Part shown: positions 1 to 14,200 of the stretch, piece after piece
Position numbering within the stretch: position 1 is the first letter of the stretch
Layout of the letters: each line of letters begins with the position of its first letter
From: Blepharisma stoltei ATCC 30299
Taxonomy: Eukaryota > Protista > Ciliophora
Assembly (NCBI GenBank): GCA_965603825.1
Contig: CBFDEM010000013.1
Span: forward strand, 877,581 to 941,580
Direction of reading: 5' to 3'
DNA: 64,000 bases
Translations under genes and position numbers: made by a program
Notes under the pieces: generated by a model
What the model was told of the DNA's origin: nothing
Databases searched by the model: none
The model's input: the letters and a program-made list of their open reading frames with translations, nothing else

Positions 1-1
1 A

Positions 2-829
2 GTGTCCATGGCTGAACTTCATACCTATTTAAGCGAAAAAGTCGACGTATCTCAAGTAAACCGGCTTATAGGCTCCAAAGCTTCTCAAGACGAAATCACC
101 ACAGTCCGACGTGAAATAGAACGAATCTTCCAAGAGCTTAAACTCCGCGCTCTCAAAGAAGATATGGAGCATCATATTTTGACTACGAAAAACGCCTTAG
201 AAGAAGTAGGAAAAGACATGCTTCTAAAAGCCAGCATAAAAGATATTTGCACCTTATTAGACATGAAGGCAAGCGTAGAAGACGTAAACCAAGCCCTTAT
301 GGACATCCACAAAGAGCTAGACACCAAGGCAAACCATCAAGAAGTCGTCGAACATATGAACGAGCAGTCATTAATTAATGAAGCCTTGTGCAGCGAAAAT
401 ACAGTAGGAAGATGGATATGGAAAAGCAGCGAGGTCAAGAACGGCTTTGCGATTCCCTGGGAAATTCAGAGTGTTAACACTTGTCCAGAAAATTTCTTGT
501 GGGAGCCTGAAGGGACTAATTTAATTGTGGTGGCGCCAGGGCTGTATGAGGTGATGTTTGGGTTTTATTCAAAAAAGAAGCCAACGGTACAGCTGCTGGT
601 AAACGGAGAACCGATATTGTCTGCAGTGAATAATGCATCGTAAGGAATATTTAGATATGTAATACACCATAGCAGTGGACGGCTAAAAGGGGTAAATTCT
701 CATGCGTCAGGAAATATTACAGGGCTGACCTTGATTGACTTCTTAGCATTGCCAGCAAGATCAAGGCTCTCAATTTCGTATACAGGAGACTCAAACGCAG
801 AAGGATTCTTTGGATTGAGGAAGCTTTAG
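2..829 (+). CDS. 5'-partial coiled-coil protein with C-terminal C1q/TNF-like beta domain; one 15-nt intron (640-654)
   Basis: ORF open from window edge; removing GTAAGGAATATTTAG joins ..NNAS to YVIHHSSG..GLTLIDFLALP..GFFGLRKL*, TAG at 827-829; motifs IPWEIQSVNT and APGLYEVMFGF. Confidence 0.75.
640..654 (+). other. 15-nt spliceosomal intron
   Basis: GTAAGGAATATTTAG; A at -6; removal restores reading frame. Confidence 0.9.
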
Positions 830-871
830 AATTTAAAATAATTTAAAAGATAATCAGTAATCTTAGATTAT

Positions 872-2081
872 CTAAAAGTTAAAAATGATTGCAAGAAGAT
901 TTAATGCGATCAATGATAGCACTGAGCTGCTGTCATTTTTATATCCATCAATTGCCCTAGCCAGCCCTACTCTATAGTTATCCATATCAAAAGTAATATA
1001 AAACCTTCTAATAAAGACATCTCCTAGCAGCCAGCTTTCTTGTTCCTGATGACTTAAGGGCACTAAATAAGATCCACTAATAGGATAAAAGTAATCTTGA
1101 GATTCTAAAGTATATTCTTTCCCATTTACCACAAATGTAAGTTTTGGATAATCGCTGCTCGGTTTATTAAAACAAATAACAAAATTTTCATTGTCAGGAT
1201 AATACTGACATCCATGCTTTTTCACCAGATCATTTTGTATGCTGTTAACTGTGTCAGAAGGTCCAAAAATAAAGCTACTCCCTGTATCAATAATTGCTGG
1301 GATATTAATATTTAAAGTATGGTCTCCGAATTTGACACTTTCACACATAATTTCCCAATAGCCAGGGTTGACAGCTGTGTCGTTAATTATGCTCACATAA
1401 GTGAACTCTTTTTGGGTTGAATACGTAGCGAGGTCTGAGCCATCAATCATAAGATTTGATTGCGGTCTTTTTCCAAGCCAATTCAAGAAAAAGGAAAATT
1501 GGCGGTTTTTGATTTTTCCTTGCTTTTGAAGCTGAGTTACTAAGGATGGGTAGTCTTCCAGTCGGTCCAGAGCGAAACCTACTGAGCCGTCAGCTCTGTA
1601 GTTGTCATTGTCTTCTTCATTATTAGCTAGCAGAAAAGCATAATCGGTTGCATTAATTGAAGAAGAGTCTCCTATCGCCACTGTATCTGTTACCATTTCT
1701 CCAGAAATTTCGCCTTTGAGGTAAGTAATAGTCTTATTGACTCCAAGGCTTTTGTAAGTGGTTGAGTTCGAAGGAGAAAAAGTATTGTTGCATTTGTGGC
1801 ATGTGGTGCAGCCTTTTTCAATAACCCAAAGAATAGTGCTGCTTGTATCAAAGAGGCATGAGAAAGATTGCGCTGGGGTGCCTATAGAAATCATGCCGTA
1901 ATATTGTGCCTAGGTAGAAAGTTACATTCTGATAATTTGTGATTGTTGAAGAGCTTCCTCCAAGAGATTTTTCGATAGATTTATAATGCATTCAAAACTC
2001 TTCATACGAAGAATATGGAGATTTGAGATCTATTGATATAAGAGAGAAAACGAATGGGAGAGAAAACAAAAGGAAAAGCAT
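872..2081 (-). CDS. Pepsin-like (A1) aspartic protease, copy 1; signal peptide, GPI-like tail; 16-nt intron 1910-1925; TGA=Trp at 1992-1994
   Basis: MLFLLFSLPF..TNYQN/AQYYG; catalytic motifs FDTSS and IIDTGSS; flap Tyr (TYLKG); WLLGDVF; hydrophobic C-terminus. Confidence 0.9.
1910..1925 (-). other. 16-nt spliceosomal intron
   Basis: GTAACTTTCTACCTAG at the same codon position as the 15-nt introns of the three paralogs. Confidence 0.85.
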
Positions 2082-2117
2082 TTTTTCTGTATTATTAGAT
2101 ATTTATTAGATGCGAAA

Positions 2118-3356
2118 TTAAAAATTAAAGAGTAAGCCTATTACGCAACTAATCGCTGCAAATATCAAATTGTTTGCTGCACTTGGGTCAGCCCACACAA
2201 ATGAGCTCGAAATTGATCTTGCAAAACCAATCCTTTCTTCATCCATATCGAAACTTATATAAAAGTTCCTAATAAAACTGTCTCCCAAAAGCCACTGATT
2301 TTGACTCAATGGTGAAATTGGTAGAATATAGATATCATCAATAGCATCATAAAACAGATATTGCCCTATATCGAGAGCATATGAAGTCCCATCAAATACC
2401 CAATTCAATATTGGACCATTAGTGCCTTCAGGGCATACGACTAATCCATCTGACTCTGAATACTTACATTTATGGTTATTTATAAATTCTTTCCAGATCT
2501 TTTCGACTGATTTCTTAGGGCCATAAATAAAGCTCGTCCCAGTATCAATAATAGCCTCATTGCCAGAATCAAGGACTTCATCTCCCATTTTCATACGGTC
2601 ACAGTCTATTTCCCAGTAGCCAGGGTTTTTCTTGGTATTTGTGATTAGGTCGACATATGTGAAAGAAGTTTGGTTGGGGAGGGCGTAGGTAGATAAGCTG
2701 CTTCCGTCAATCATGAGGTTAGATGATAGTGATTTGCTCTTCCAGTCGAGGAAAAAGGCAAATTGGCGGTTTTGGATTTGACCTGCTTTTTTAAGAGCAG
2801 TAATCAAGCTTGAATAGCCTTCTCCTAGGCCATCTAGTCCAAATCCTACCAATCCATCTGCTTGGAATCCATCGTTGTCTTCTTCATGGTCAGCCAAAAG
2901 AAATGCAAAGCTTTTTGCAGAAACTGATCCAGTATCTCCAATAGTAATAGTGTCTTCAGCCATAAATCCATCAGTTTCTCCTTTCAAGTAAGTCAACTGC
3001 ACAGGCTTGGTTAAATTTAAGTACGTATTCGAATTCTTTGGGTTGAATGTATTATTGCATTTGTGGCAGCTTGAGCAGCCATTTTGTACCACCCAAACAG
3101 TTGTGCTGCCTGTATCAAAAAGACAAGAGAAAGACTGTGGAGGAGTGCCAAGGGTGATGCTTCCATAATATTGAAACTAAATTAATTTTACATTTTCAAA
3201 GTTTGTTATTGCAGTCGAAGAAGTTAGAGACCATTTCTTCTGAGCTTTTGAGTTTCTATAGTGTTCCAAGAATTCATGATAGGTATTGAAAGGAGATTGA
3301 AGGTCTATAGAAATTGTGGCAATAGCCAAAGGAATGAAACCAAAAAGCCATAACAT
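2118..3356 (-). CDS. Pepsin-like aspartic protease, copy 2; 15-nt intron 3177-3191
   Basis: Exon 1 MLWLFGF..NFEN, intron GTAAAATTAATTTAG, then FQYYGS..FDTGS..IIDTGTS..LLGDSF; alternative upstream ATG at 3380. Confidence 0.9.
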
Positions 3357-3774
3357 TTTTATTAATTCAACATTTGACATGAGAGAATATTATGAAGATA
3401 TTCAAAAATGATATTTAATTGGTACTGAGAATTGGCCTGACCTCTTAACCCTGTAGATGATGCTTGATATGGATGGGGAACTTGAGGAAGAGAGTGAAGT
3501 GCTTGATATGTGAATCGCTAGGTTTATAGAAGGAGCACAACAATACTGAACTAATAGCCAAGAGGTGATAGATGCAGGATTTTAAGATTCTAACTAGTTA
3601 TCTGGCCTCAAAAGAGCTTTTGCAAGTTGCCTAATTTGTCTTAAAAGATATATAATTTGTGATAGACTGATACTGTCTTAATAAAACGCTGCTAGCCTAT
3701 CAATAAGGCAAAAAGGTTGTTGTGGAGTGCCTTAAATTAAGCCAAATTTAAGACATTTTAATAATATATATTCT

Positions 3775-3892
3775 GCCTCCAAGAGCTTTGATAGATTTAT
3801 AATATAATCTAAATATTTATATAAAGAGCATAAAAAGAAAACACATATAGGTGCAAAAAAGCAATTGTGAGAGAAAATGCAAGAAAAAACAT
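3775..3892 (-). pseudogene. Degenerate relic of an aspartic-protease first exon
   Basis: ATG at 3892 gives MFFLAFSLTIAF..; cctccaagagctttgatagatttataat resembles copy-1 exon 1 (cctccaagagatttttcgatagatttataat). Confidence 0.5.
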
Positions 3893-3930
3893 TTATACCA
3901 TATGACAAGACAATTACTCTAAAGCGATGA

Positions 3931-5172
3931 TTAAAAGTTAAAGAGTAAACCTAATACACAGCTAATTGCTGCATATACTAAATTGTTTGCAGAATCATCA
4001 ACAAGACCAGATGAGCTCACTTTTGATCTTGCAAAGCCAATTCTGCTATTGTCCACATCAAAACTGATATAATAATTCCTAATAAAGACATCACCTAAAA
4101 GCCACTGATTTTGATTCCATGCCTGAATCGGCAGAATATACAAGTCATCAGGCTCATCATAATAAAGATACTGTTTTCCGTTTAATGTGTATTGTTTTCC
4201 GTTAAAAACCCAAGTCAATATCGGATAATTGCTTTCATTAGGCTTTGTTTTACATAAAACAAGATCTTCTGATTCAGAATATCCGCAGCCACTGATTTCT
4301 AAAACTGAATTGTATATAGCTCTGACAGAACTTACTGGGCCATATATAAAGCTAGTTCCAGTGTCAATAATACAAGGAGAGCCCATATCAAGAGCTGTGC
4401 CGTCACATTGGAATTGGTCACTGCTGATTTCCCAATAACCAGGGTTAATTTGGGTATCTGTTATGAGGTTTACATAAGTAAAAGCAGTTTCATTGGCATA
4501 TGTAGCTAAGTCGCTACCATCAATCATAAGGTTAGATTTTGGCGACCTGTCGAGCCAATTGAGGAAAAAGGCAAATTGGCGATTTTGAATTTGACCTGCA
4601 GTTTTAAGAGCAGTAAGTAAGCTTGGGTAGCCATCTCCTAAGCTATCTAGTGCAAATCCTACCAGTCCGTCTGCTTGGAACCCATCGTTATCTTCTTCAT
4701 TATCTGCCAAAAGAAACGCGAATTTAGTAGCAGAAACTTTCTCATTGTTTCCAATGCTGATGGTGTCTTCAGCCATGAATCCGTCAGTTTCTCCTTTCAA
4801 GTAAGACAATTTCGCTGCTACTGTTAAGTTCTTATATGTATCGGATTTGTCTGGGGTAAATGTATGCTTGCATTTGTGGCAGGTTTTGCAGCCAGTTTGT
4901 ACCACCCAAACAGTTGTGCTGCCTGTGTCGAACACGCATGTGAAAGGCTGTGAAGGAGAGCCTAGACCGATGCTACCGTAATATTGAAGCTAAGTTAATT
5001 TTACATTTTCGTAATTTGTGATTGGGGTTGAAGGAGAATTAAGGGATGATCTGCTTTTAGCTTTTCCAGCTCTATAGTGATTTAAGTATTCATGGTAGTT
5101 CTTAAAAGGAGATTGCAGGTCTATAGAGATTGTAGCGAAGGCTAAAGAAATTAAACTGCAAAGCCAAAACAT
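3931..5172 (-). CDS. Pepsin-like aspartic protease, copy 3; 15-nt intron 4990-5004
   Basis: MFWLCSL..NYEN / GTAAAATTAACTTAG / LQYYGS..FDTGS..IIDTGTS..LLGDVF; GPI-like tail. Confidence 0.9.
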
Positions 5173-5830
5173 TTTTATTGATTCACCATTTGATCAATAT
5201 GGATATAAAATTCAATTTTATGCAAAAATTAATAGCTTTTAATAAGAATTTATGAATCAACTATCTATAATAAGCCAATTGTGGAAAAAATAAGAGGGTT
5301 TTTATTATATAATGGTATAAGCATAAACTCCTTTCAAGGTAAATCAAATAATGGCATTATAAAGAATTTCAATCAATAATTTTTTGAGTTCTTTTAATGA
5401 TTCCAAACAATTAGAATAAGAAAATGCAAATTTAAAATTAAAATAGTCTGCATATGAGCGAGAGATACCCATAGCTAAAGGTAAAAAAGGAATAAAAATT
5501 GATATTTTATAAAAAACAGGAGAAAGGCTTCATTTTGAGGTTTATAATTTATATCGGTCTTTTTCTCATAGGGATTTTATTTTTGTAATAGCATTTCTTA
5601 GCAACTCTTTGCATTCCAAGACCTTATCAAACCTCTCAAAATATTGGCTAAATGTGCAACCATAAATTTCTTATATTTCTGAAAATGAAATATAATAAGA
5701 ATAATATTTTTGTATGAGATATCATAAGAAATAATATTTAAGAATTTTGAATTATACAAATCACGGCTTAACTATTAACTAAATTTTAGCTGTTTTTATT
5801 TTAGATTTTTTAAATTAATCTTTAACCTAA

Positions 5831-7048
5831 CTATAGGCTAAAGTAAATTATAGCCGCAATACTCCAGGCTGTAGCAATTAAATTGGAAGCCCCATTTGAT
5901 GCGCTCGCTATAGATCTTGCCAGTCCAACTCTCAAATTGTCCATATCAAAAGTGATATAAAAGTTTCTTATAAAGACATCTCCAAGAAGCCAAGATTCTT
6001 CCTCATATGGACATATAGGCAAATAAAAATACCCGCTCCAAGAATCCTCGTAAAAGTATTGCAGCGGCTCCAAAACATAGCTTTTTCCATTAATCGCTAA
6101 CTCAAAAATCGGGTACTTATGATCCTTAGGATTTTTCCAACATCTCACAAGTCCTGACTCTAATTCATACTCACATTCATGGTTACTTAACAATTCACTT
6201 TGAATAGCCTGCACAGCTCTACTTGGCCCATAAATAAAGCTTGTCCCGGTATCAATTACAACTGGGATTTGCAAATTCAGCTCATTTTCATTAAATTTTA
6301 CACTATCGCACAAAATTTCCCAAAAAAAAGGATCAGTGCTAGTTAAATTTACATAAGTAAATTCAGTATCATTTGAGTATTTTTCTAGGTCATACCCATC
6401 AATCATTAAGTTAGATTTAGGAGATTGCCCTAGCCAGTTCAAGAAAAATGCGAATTGGCGGTTTTGGATTTTTCCTTGGTTTTTTAAGACAGAAACCAAA
6501 GAAGGATAGCCCTGCCCCAGACTGTCAAACGCAAAGCCTGCAAGTCCATCAGGTCTATATCCATCATTATCCTTTTCATCATTAGCTAATAAAAATGCAT
6601 AATTTTCAGCTGAAACTGAAGAAGAGTCTCCAATAGAAATAGTTTCGGCTGACATTTGGCCAGCAGTGTAGCCTTTTAAATACTGAATTGAAAGGTCTTC
6701 AGATAGGTCTTGGAAGGTTGAAGAGGCGGATGGGTCAAAAGTATTACTGCAGAGGTGGCAGGTTGTGCAGCCTTTTTCTACAACCCAAACCGTTGTGGAG
6801 CCTGTGTCAAATAGACAACTGAAATTCTGAGGAGGAGTTCCTAAAGAAATTGTCCCATAGTATTGGGCCTATTTTAAGCTTACATTTTGGTAGTTTGATA
6901 AAACTGATGAAGAATACCCAAGTGCCTTTTGCTTTGAGACTAGGCTGATGTAGCGCTTTCAAAACTCGCTGTAAGACTTATAGGGGGAATTCAGCTCTAT
7001 TGAAATTGAAGCTAAAACAAGAGGGAGAGACAAGAAGAGAAACCACAT
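5831..7048 (-). CDS. Pepsin-like aspartic protease, copy 4; 15-nt intron 6869-6883; TGA=Trp at 6959-6961
   Basis: MWFLFLSLPL..NYQN / GTAAGCTTAAAATAG / AQYYGT..FDTGS..VIDTGTS. Confidence 0.9.
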
Positions 7049-7376
7049 TTAGAATTTATAAGGACAGCCATAAAATATGGAAACTTTTATATAGCATTGG
7101 AATTATGATTTTTGAAGCTGATATTAGAGGATTTAAATTATCAAGTATTTTGATTATATTTATCTGCTGCCATTATCTATAATTAATACACATTTATTTA
7201 AAATCCATTTTCTAGAATAGAAGATATTGAGCTTTTTTAATCAAAAGAAACTGTGAATTTATATAAACAGCTTGCTATACAATTTAATCCCTAAATAATC
7301 TAAATTTACTTTAAATAATAATTTTATAGTAAAATGTATTATTATCTTTAGTATTTATCACACTAAAGGAAAATCT

Positions 7377-8231
7377 TTAGATCGGATTAACCTTATAGTT
7401 CAATAAACTCTCGCACACCCCAGATATAATTTTTTCAGAGTAATCTTGGTATCTTTTGATACCATCCTCTTCCTCACTATTAAGATCATCTATTTTTTCA
7501 TTTTTATGAACCAAATTTTCTTCAAGCTTCTTCAAAAATGAAATCCTTTTACTTTTCTTCTCTGAAAAAAGCTGGCTTGGGATACGATCAACCGACCCAG
7601 CTCTCCCCAAACTTATTTCTGACTTAGCTTGCTTCAGCAACTTTGGCAAAAATTTCGCTTCTCTGCTTAAAACTTACAGTTTTTTTATTTCAGTCCCTAA
7701 AATACTCTCTGCCCTTAAAGTATTTGCCTGCTTAGGGAAAATTCCTTTTTCCTCCATCGTCTTAAGCTGGCTCGATACTTTTTCCTGGATTTCTTCATAC
7801 TGCCCTTTCAAAGCCAGGCTAACCTTTTTCTTCATTTCCTGCTTTTCTTCTACTGTTAGCTCTTCATTAAAAATTTGTCGATGAGACTTCATAAAAGGCC
7901 CTTCTCTGCTTCTCCTTCATGAGCTGTTATTTCTATGACAATCAATTCTTGACTTTGAATTTTGAAAAGGTGTATGATTTCTCACCGAAAGATGACTAAA
8001 AAACCTCGATAATTCCTCAAAAGAGTCTGTATGCTGAGTCGGTGACTTTCTTTTTAGCTTAATTTCTGGGGTTTTAAGCTCATATCTATTAACACTCACT
8101 TTTGGACGAACCTCTCTTTCCCTTCTCCCATATGTAGACTTACTCCTCTCCTTTTCAGACTTATCAACCCTTATATGTGGGTTCGGCGACTGGTTCAGTA
8201 GGTATACAATTCTCCCTTTTTTGCTTCTCAT
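7377..8231 (-). CDS. Basic/charged hypothetical protein; TGA=Trp at 7917-7919, 15-nt intron 7663-7677
   Basis: Three same-strand ORF pieces join into one frame via one TGA and intron GTAAGTTTTAAGCAG. Confidence 0.75.
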
Positions 8232-8273
8232 AATTTCATGATTTTCTAACAAATTAAAATTATTTTCTATTAC

Positions 8274-11200
8274 TTATAAATGAAGATAAATCAATAGCAG
8301 AGCTCCAAAGGTTACAATTGGGCTAGCTGCTGAGGTAGAGTTGTTGTCTGATGATATTGTCCCTGCTTGGGTAATGATTTGTAATTTTGACATGACGTCG
8401 TCGCTCATTATTCTTGGCAGTCTTGCATTGTTATTTTTTGAGGTAATGACTACGACGTAACTGCTTTCTGGTAACAAGTTTGAATAAGTGATGGTGACAG
8501 TTGTATTTACAGCTACTGTTTGGTTATAAACCATAGTGGCAGGTTTTCCATAAGCGTTAACTCCTAAGGTGACTTGTCGGGAGGATGGGATGACGTCGCC
8601 GTCATTGATTATTTGCATATAAAGGGTTCCGGCTGTTGCGCATTTCAAAGTTATGGTTACAGCTGTTTTTGTAGTTGTGGTCGCAGAAGGTGCTTCAATC
8701 CAAGTCGGCCTTGGGTTTGATAATACTGTGATGGACTGAGCTATATTATAAGTCAAGTCCAGCGTAATTCCATAAGCAGATAATCTTTTATTTAGCTCTG
8801 ATGGAATTGCCATATAGGTAACTGAGTCTTGAGGGCTTGGCAAAGAAGAGGTAGGGTCTGAGTATATATAATAGCTAGCTGTAGTATAAGAAGAATCATC
8901 TAAATACCTAGAGGTTGGGGTTATATAAGCAATCAGAGATGAAGATATGGCTAACTGCTGAGCCAGCACATTAATAACGGTCGTTGTAAGTAATGTCGAA
9001 TTGACAGCTGATGCAAATTTAAGAGTAATCATAATTGAGTCATAATACTCCGCTGTATAAAAATCAACAGAAAATACACTTTCCATCACATTTTGATTCA
9101 AATCTATCAAAATTCCATACAAAATATAGTCGTGCTCTGTTGTCAGCCCAGAAATTGTAAACTCGTATATGAAGCTTGCCCCAATGTAGCCTGTATAGTA
9201 CCCTGCTGTATTATTTGAGGCATAGCTAATTAGGCTTGTATTAGAAGGCAAAGCCAAACCTCTTTCTCCATAGGTGTAATAGAATATAGAGGCTTCTGTC
9301 GCTTGGAATGATATGTCGACCATATGCTGTTGCTTTGGATTATTTATCACAAATGAGGCAATTCCAGGGTCAGTTGTGTCATAGTTTGAAATAGTCACGT
9401 GGAGGGATGAGCTTGACAGGTAAAATGAGGCTGCGTCAGTCCCTGCTAATTGGAGAGCTATTGTATATATTCCTACAGTAATGGTTGCACCAACTGTAAT
9501 GGTAAAGCTGCCTTTTGTAGACCCTGCTGCAAATGATAAGGCTGAAACTGTGATTAAACTGGGAGGTGTAAAGGTCACTGATAAACCGCTTGAAGGTGCA
9601 GTCTCTAAGTATACATAAAGTGGGATTGAGGTACTGCCTGTCATAAGTGTAGGAATACCTTCAAAGCTGACTGCATAATTATTTTCATTGCTTATAATTA
9701 GTCTAGAAATAGGTGGATCGTTATATAAGTCATAAGTATCTCCAGTCATTGTCCATTTTATAGTATAATTCCCAGTACTAGAGCCTGTTGGGCACATAAC
9801 GGTAAAAGCTGAGGATATTGACCCTTTGCTAAGATTAATTGATGTAGGCGAAATAGTCACCAAATTTTGAACACCATTTCCTAACAACTGATAAGTAAAT
9901 ACCAAATCAGACCTCACTGGCATTTTCGTCGAAGAAGTATGTATATAAAACGTAATCTGAGTCCCTGGGGTGATTTCTAACACCCCATCAGCAGTACTAA
10001 TAATAATATCCTGTTTTTCGTCTATATAGCTCACAACGTCTCCACTTGATGCAGTTCCATAGCTTCTGTCTACAATTGACATTGTATCCACATTAAAAAC
10101 TGACATCACAAAAGCCTTGCTGATTCCTTCTGAAGATGAGGACTTTACATCTTTAAAAGTAGTCTGCAAGTAATAAGAAGACCCAATACTGCCTGACGCC
10201 CCTGACATCACAAGTAAATTGTGGTAAGGGTTAGAACAGGTGACTGAGGATACCCAAGAAGAGGTTGCTGTGGACGTTGCTTTGGAGACTGCAAGGGTTG
10301 AGCAGTTATAGGAGTCGCTAAGACCTGGGAGCTCTCTGTCAAAGTTTTCCATAGGGAACCTGTACCAGATTTGGAACTTGCTTGGAATTGAGGAGAAGGT
10401 AGACGTAAATGTATAGGCAGCTGTTGCAAAAATAGAGTAATTGTCAAGAGAAATAGAGTTAAGAGTTAAAAGGGCTGGAAGATTAGATATTGTCACAGTC
10501 AGTGAAGATGTTAATTGATCAATTACTTTGTTGTTTGCATCAATTGAGACTATTGAAAAGGCGCTTGTGGTTGTTGAGGATATAGGGTTAGGCACATTTT
10601 CAATGATGATATTAAAAGCTGTCCCTGCAGCAGTCTGAGCGAAGCCACTGAGGACTACTCCGCGCATATAAGAAGAGCTGTCACAAGTCAAGGCACCAGT
10701 CAGGAGGATACCTGCAGATGAGGAACACCTTAGCTCGCCCATAAAAGCAGGGTACTCCTTAGGGAACCAAATGACTATTGAAAAAGTAGTATTCAGCTGT
10801 GAAGCTGTAGTTAACGAGAAATTATAAGTTGCCAATTCAGCCGCATTTTTAGGCCAAAAGTTGACTGTAGCTTGAATAGCAGTTGTCGTTGCTGTATAAG
10901 TGTTTAAATAGAATGCGGAAGACGGAGAACTAGGATTAGTCGACATTGTAAGACTACTCCACATTGACGAAATCTGTATAGGGGATGTACTATTGGTAGG
11001 AACTGTTATATCAGGAATTATCAGAATCATTTCAATCCCAGCTGGGAAGCTTTTATAAGGTTGAATTGTAATTACATTCCCAGATTTAGAGCAGGATGAG
11101 TACTGAAGATTGAATATGCAATTGCTGGTATCCATTGTAGATGGTAAAGAAAAACTGCTTGGGACTGTGATAGTAAGGCTTCCTCCATGAGGCACAGAAG

Positions 11201-14200
11201 AGTCAAGTGAAAAATCAAGCAGAAATTGGCCTTTAGTGCCAGCTGACATTGGGAAAAAAGAGAGGGCTGTAATATATACACTCCCAGATACAGCAGCACT
11301 CGTCATATTAAAGCCTGTATAAGTAGCACTATCAATGGTTAGCGTTGCTGATGAATCATAATAGGTCGTCACTGAAAAAGAGCCACTTGTAGCTGTAGAT
11401 GGATTTTTGACTGTCAAAACTTTTACAGAAAAAGAAGTTCCAGCAGCTATTGTAGTGAATCCTGTAATTTTAATAGTCTGAGAGCTAAAAGTACAGGTTG
11501 AAGCACTTGATAATAAATATGAATATGAGCAGGTACTGTATACTAAGTCAAAACCACTTGGAAATGTTATTACGATATATCCTCCTGCTGGAATAGAAGT
11601 AGGGTTTACTATGGAAAATCTAAAAGTGACATCTCCTGCAGTCTGATGCATTGAATTGGGAGACACTGAAAGAGTTAAAGTATTATGAGTTGCAGAGGTT
11701 AATGATACCGAAGAACTGGCTTGGACTGCCAAAGTGCTATTTGTTATCATAGTAACTTGAAGATTTCCTGAGCCAGATCCTTCATATGGCCCGTTTTTCA
11801 TTCCTACAATATTAAGAATGCTTGAAGCTGAATGGCTTATAACGTCGTCTATTGTCATATAAACTGCTGGCGCATATGAATTCTGGAAAAGGCTGTATTT
11901 AGTTATTGGAATTGAGTCAATGCTCATAGAAAAGCTTTTGGAATTAATACTCCAGAGAGCCGGGAAAACGATTAATAAGAGATCATAAGCTTGGGAATCT
12001 GCTGTAGGAAGCTGTAAGGTAACATTCAAAGGTGTAACAGTCCCTACAATAGTATTGTCTCTGGATATCGTAGATGTTGTCCATGTAGAGGCTGTACTCG
12101 AAAAAGTCACTGAAATAGAACTTTGCTGGACAATTTGGGAGACTGAATTGCTGTCTGTATAGCCAGACTTTATAGTTATGCTTGTAGTAGCTAAACTTGC
12201 CCCATTTTGGATTAATAAAGTAAAACTTATAAGTGTCCCTGCTGCAATTGAATCGAAATTTGTAATTTTAACATTAGAAGAACCGCTAGCTGTAGTCAAA
12301 GTGCAAGTCACTGAGGCTGTCTTTAAATCCTTTAGTGTATATGGTGAGCAAGGGATTGAAGTCGCTGTAGAATAGGCATATCCTGTCCCTAACTTGTCTG
12401 GGAATGCAGATGAGGTTGGAAAATCAACTGAGAAAAATAGTTTCCTGTTATTTACTATAGTAAGAGCTTGATCAACTTGGATGCTAAAAGTATAAGGATA
12501 ATAAATGCTGACAGCCTTAGAATATGAAATTCCTGTTTTTCCAGCAGAAGTATCGAATGCTTTTGGATTTAGAGTTGTTTGAAGAGTAGTCAATGATTGG
12601 CTACCTATTTTGATAACCCATTCGAGAGGATGAGATTTAGAGCTTGCAAGTGTAGGATAATTGAATCCAAGAGCTGGGGCTATTTTAATGGTTGAAGCTA
12701 TACTAGAGCCAGTATAAGTTGTTTGGAAATAAATAGACTGACCACTTCAAGTTGGAGAAGAAATAGTGGTCAAAGCAGCATTGCTGCTATCCAACCATGT
12801 TAGCGTTATTATATCTCCTGCCGTAATGCTGCAATCGCTCGGCATATAAATAGTAAAACTTTCTATGCCTGAATATGTACGAGTCAGGCCAATAGTAGCA
12901 TAGCCAGTTCCTCCAGCATTGTTCTGGTATGTAAATGAAGTAGATGTAGGTTGGGATCCAGAATACGATGACGCCAATGTAAAGCCCCAGGTTGCTGAAT
13001 TTGTATCTATAGTCATTGAACTTGAATTAATCGTAACTGACGTCGTTATTGTTGCAGAAGTGATACTAGATGATCCAACAGTTAATAAATTTGCAACTGA
13101 AATAGTTTTTCCTGCATCTATTGCTCCAAAGTTACTTATTGTAGCAACAGTCCCACTCACTGCGCATGAATAAAAGCTTCCATCAGTTTTGTTAGGCAAT
13201 CCACTTACAATATAGCAAGAGCTTGAATCTAAGGTTGCTTTATAATCAATAGTAATAGTTCCCCCTACGGGCACTGCAGTTTGAGTTGTAAAATTCAGTA
13301 ATGTATATAATGTATTTCCGCTAGAAAAGTCACTCCCACTTGTATAGGGGTCATGTGAGATTGAGCTTATTACACCTGCTGGGACTGCAAGACTAGATAT
13401 TGATGCCCTGTCGACGATAATTTCTGAGTTCGGCATTATTGTTTGGACTATGAAATTTGCTGCACTAGCAGACAAGCTGTAATAGGGATTCATAATTGAA
13501 GTCACTTTAATCCCGACTTGAACGCCTGAGGCTAAATTTTGAGAAAGACCTGATAAAGTGAGGATGTTTCCTGAGCTTGTGCATGTATAAGTGCCAGGAA
13601 TCACAGCGACCCCTGTTGAATAAGCTACAGGAATGCATGAGGTAGTTGAAGTTATTGAAAAAGGGCTTGGGATAGTTATCGTAAAAGTAGAGCCAGCTGA
13701 TAGAGAGCTGGCAAGCGTAAAAGTAAATGTATAGTCACTAGTTTTTGTCAGTGCAATCGTGGTTGAGGTTACTGCCCCAGTCATCGAGGTTACTGACTTA
13801 GCAAACCCGATTACCCCAAAAGCATCGTTAGAATCAATGATTTGTCCTCCATTATGCATTTGTGAGTAGATTGTAAAGTATCCAGTTCCCATAGAGCTTG
13901 ATGGATTAGTTATATTTGGAACTTTTACCCTTAAGCGGGTAACTGAAGAGATTGTTGATGAGAGGGTGATTGTGACAATAACATTGTTTGATTCAGAGCA
14001 GGAGTGGACTACATCATTGATTAAACAGCTTTGCCCAGTGCCCATGCCTATATCTGAAAACTGGCTTGGGAAAACTATGATTAAATAGTCGCCTGCTGAG
14101 ATTCCTTGCTCGATCTCCATGAAAAACCAATAATCGACTCCAGTTTCACCCGCGTTTGCAGAGGAAGGAGAGACTGGATTAGGCTTGGAAGTATCTGCAA

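Noticed and set aside
3457-3586. Short acidic plus-strand ORF with two TGAs
   Set aside because: About 42 codons, no homology evidence
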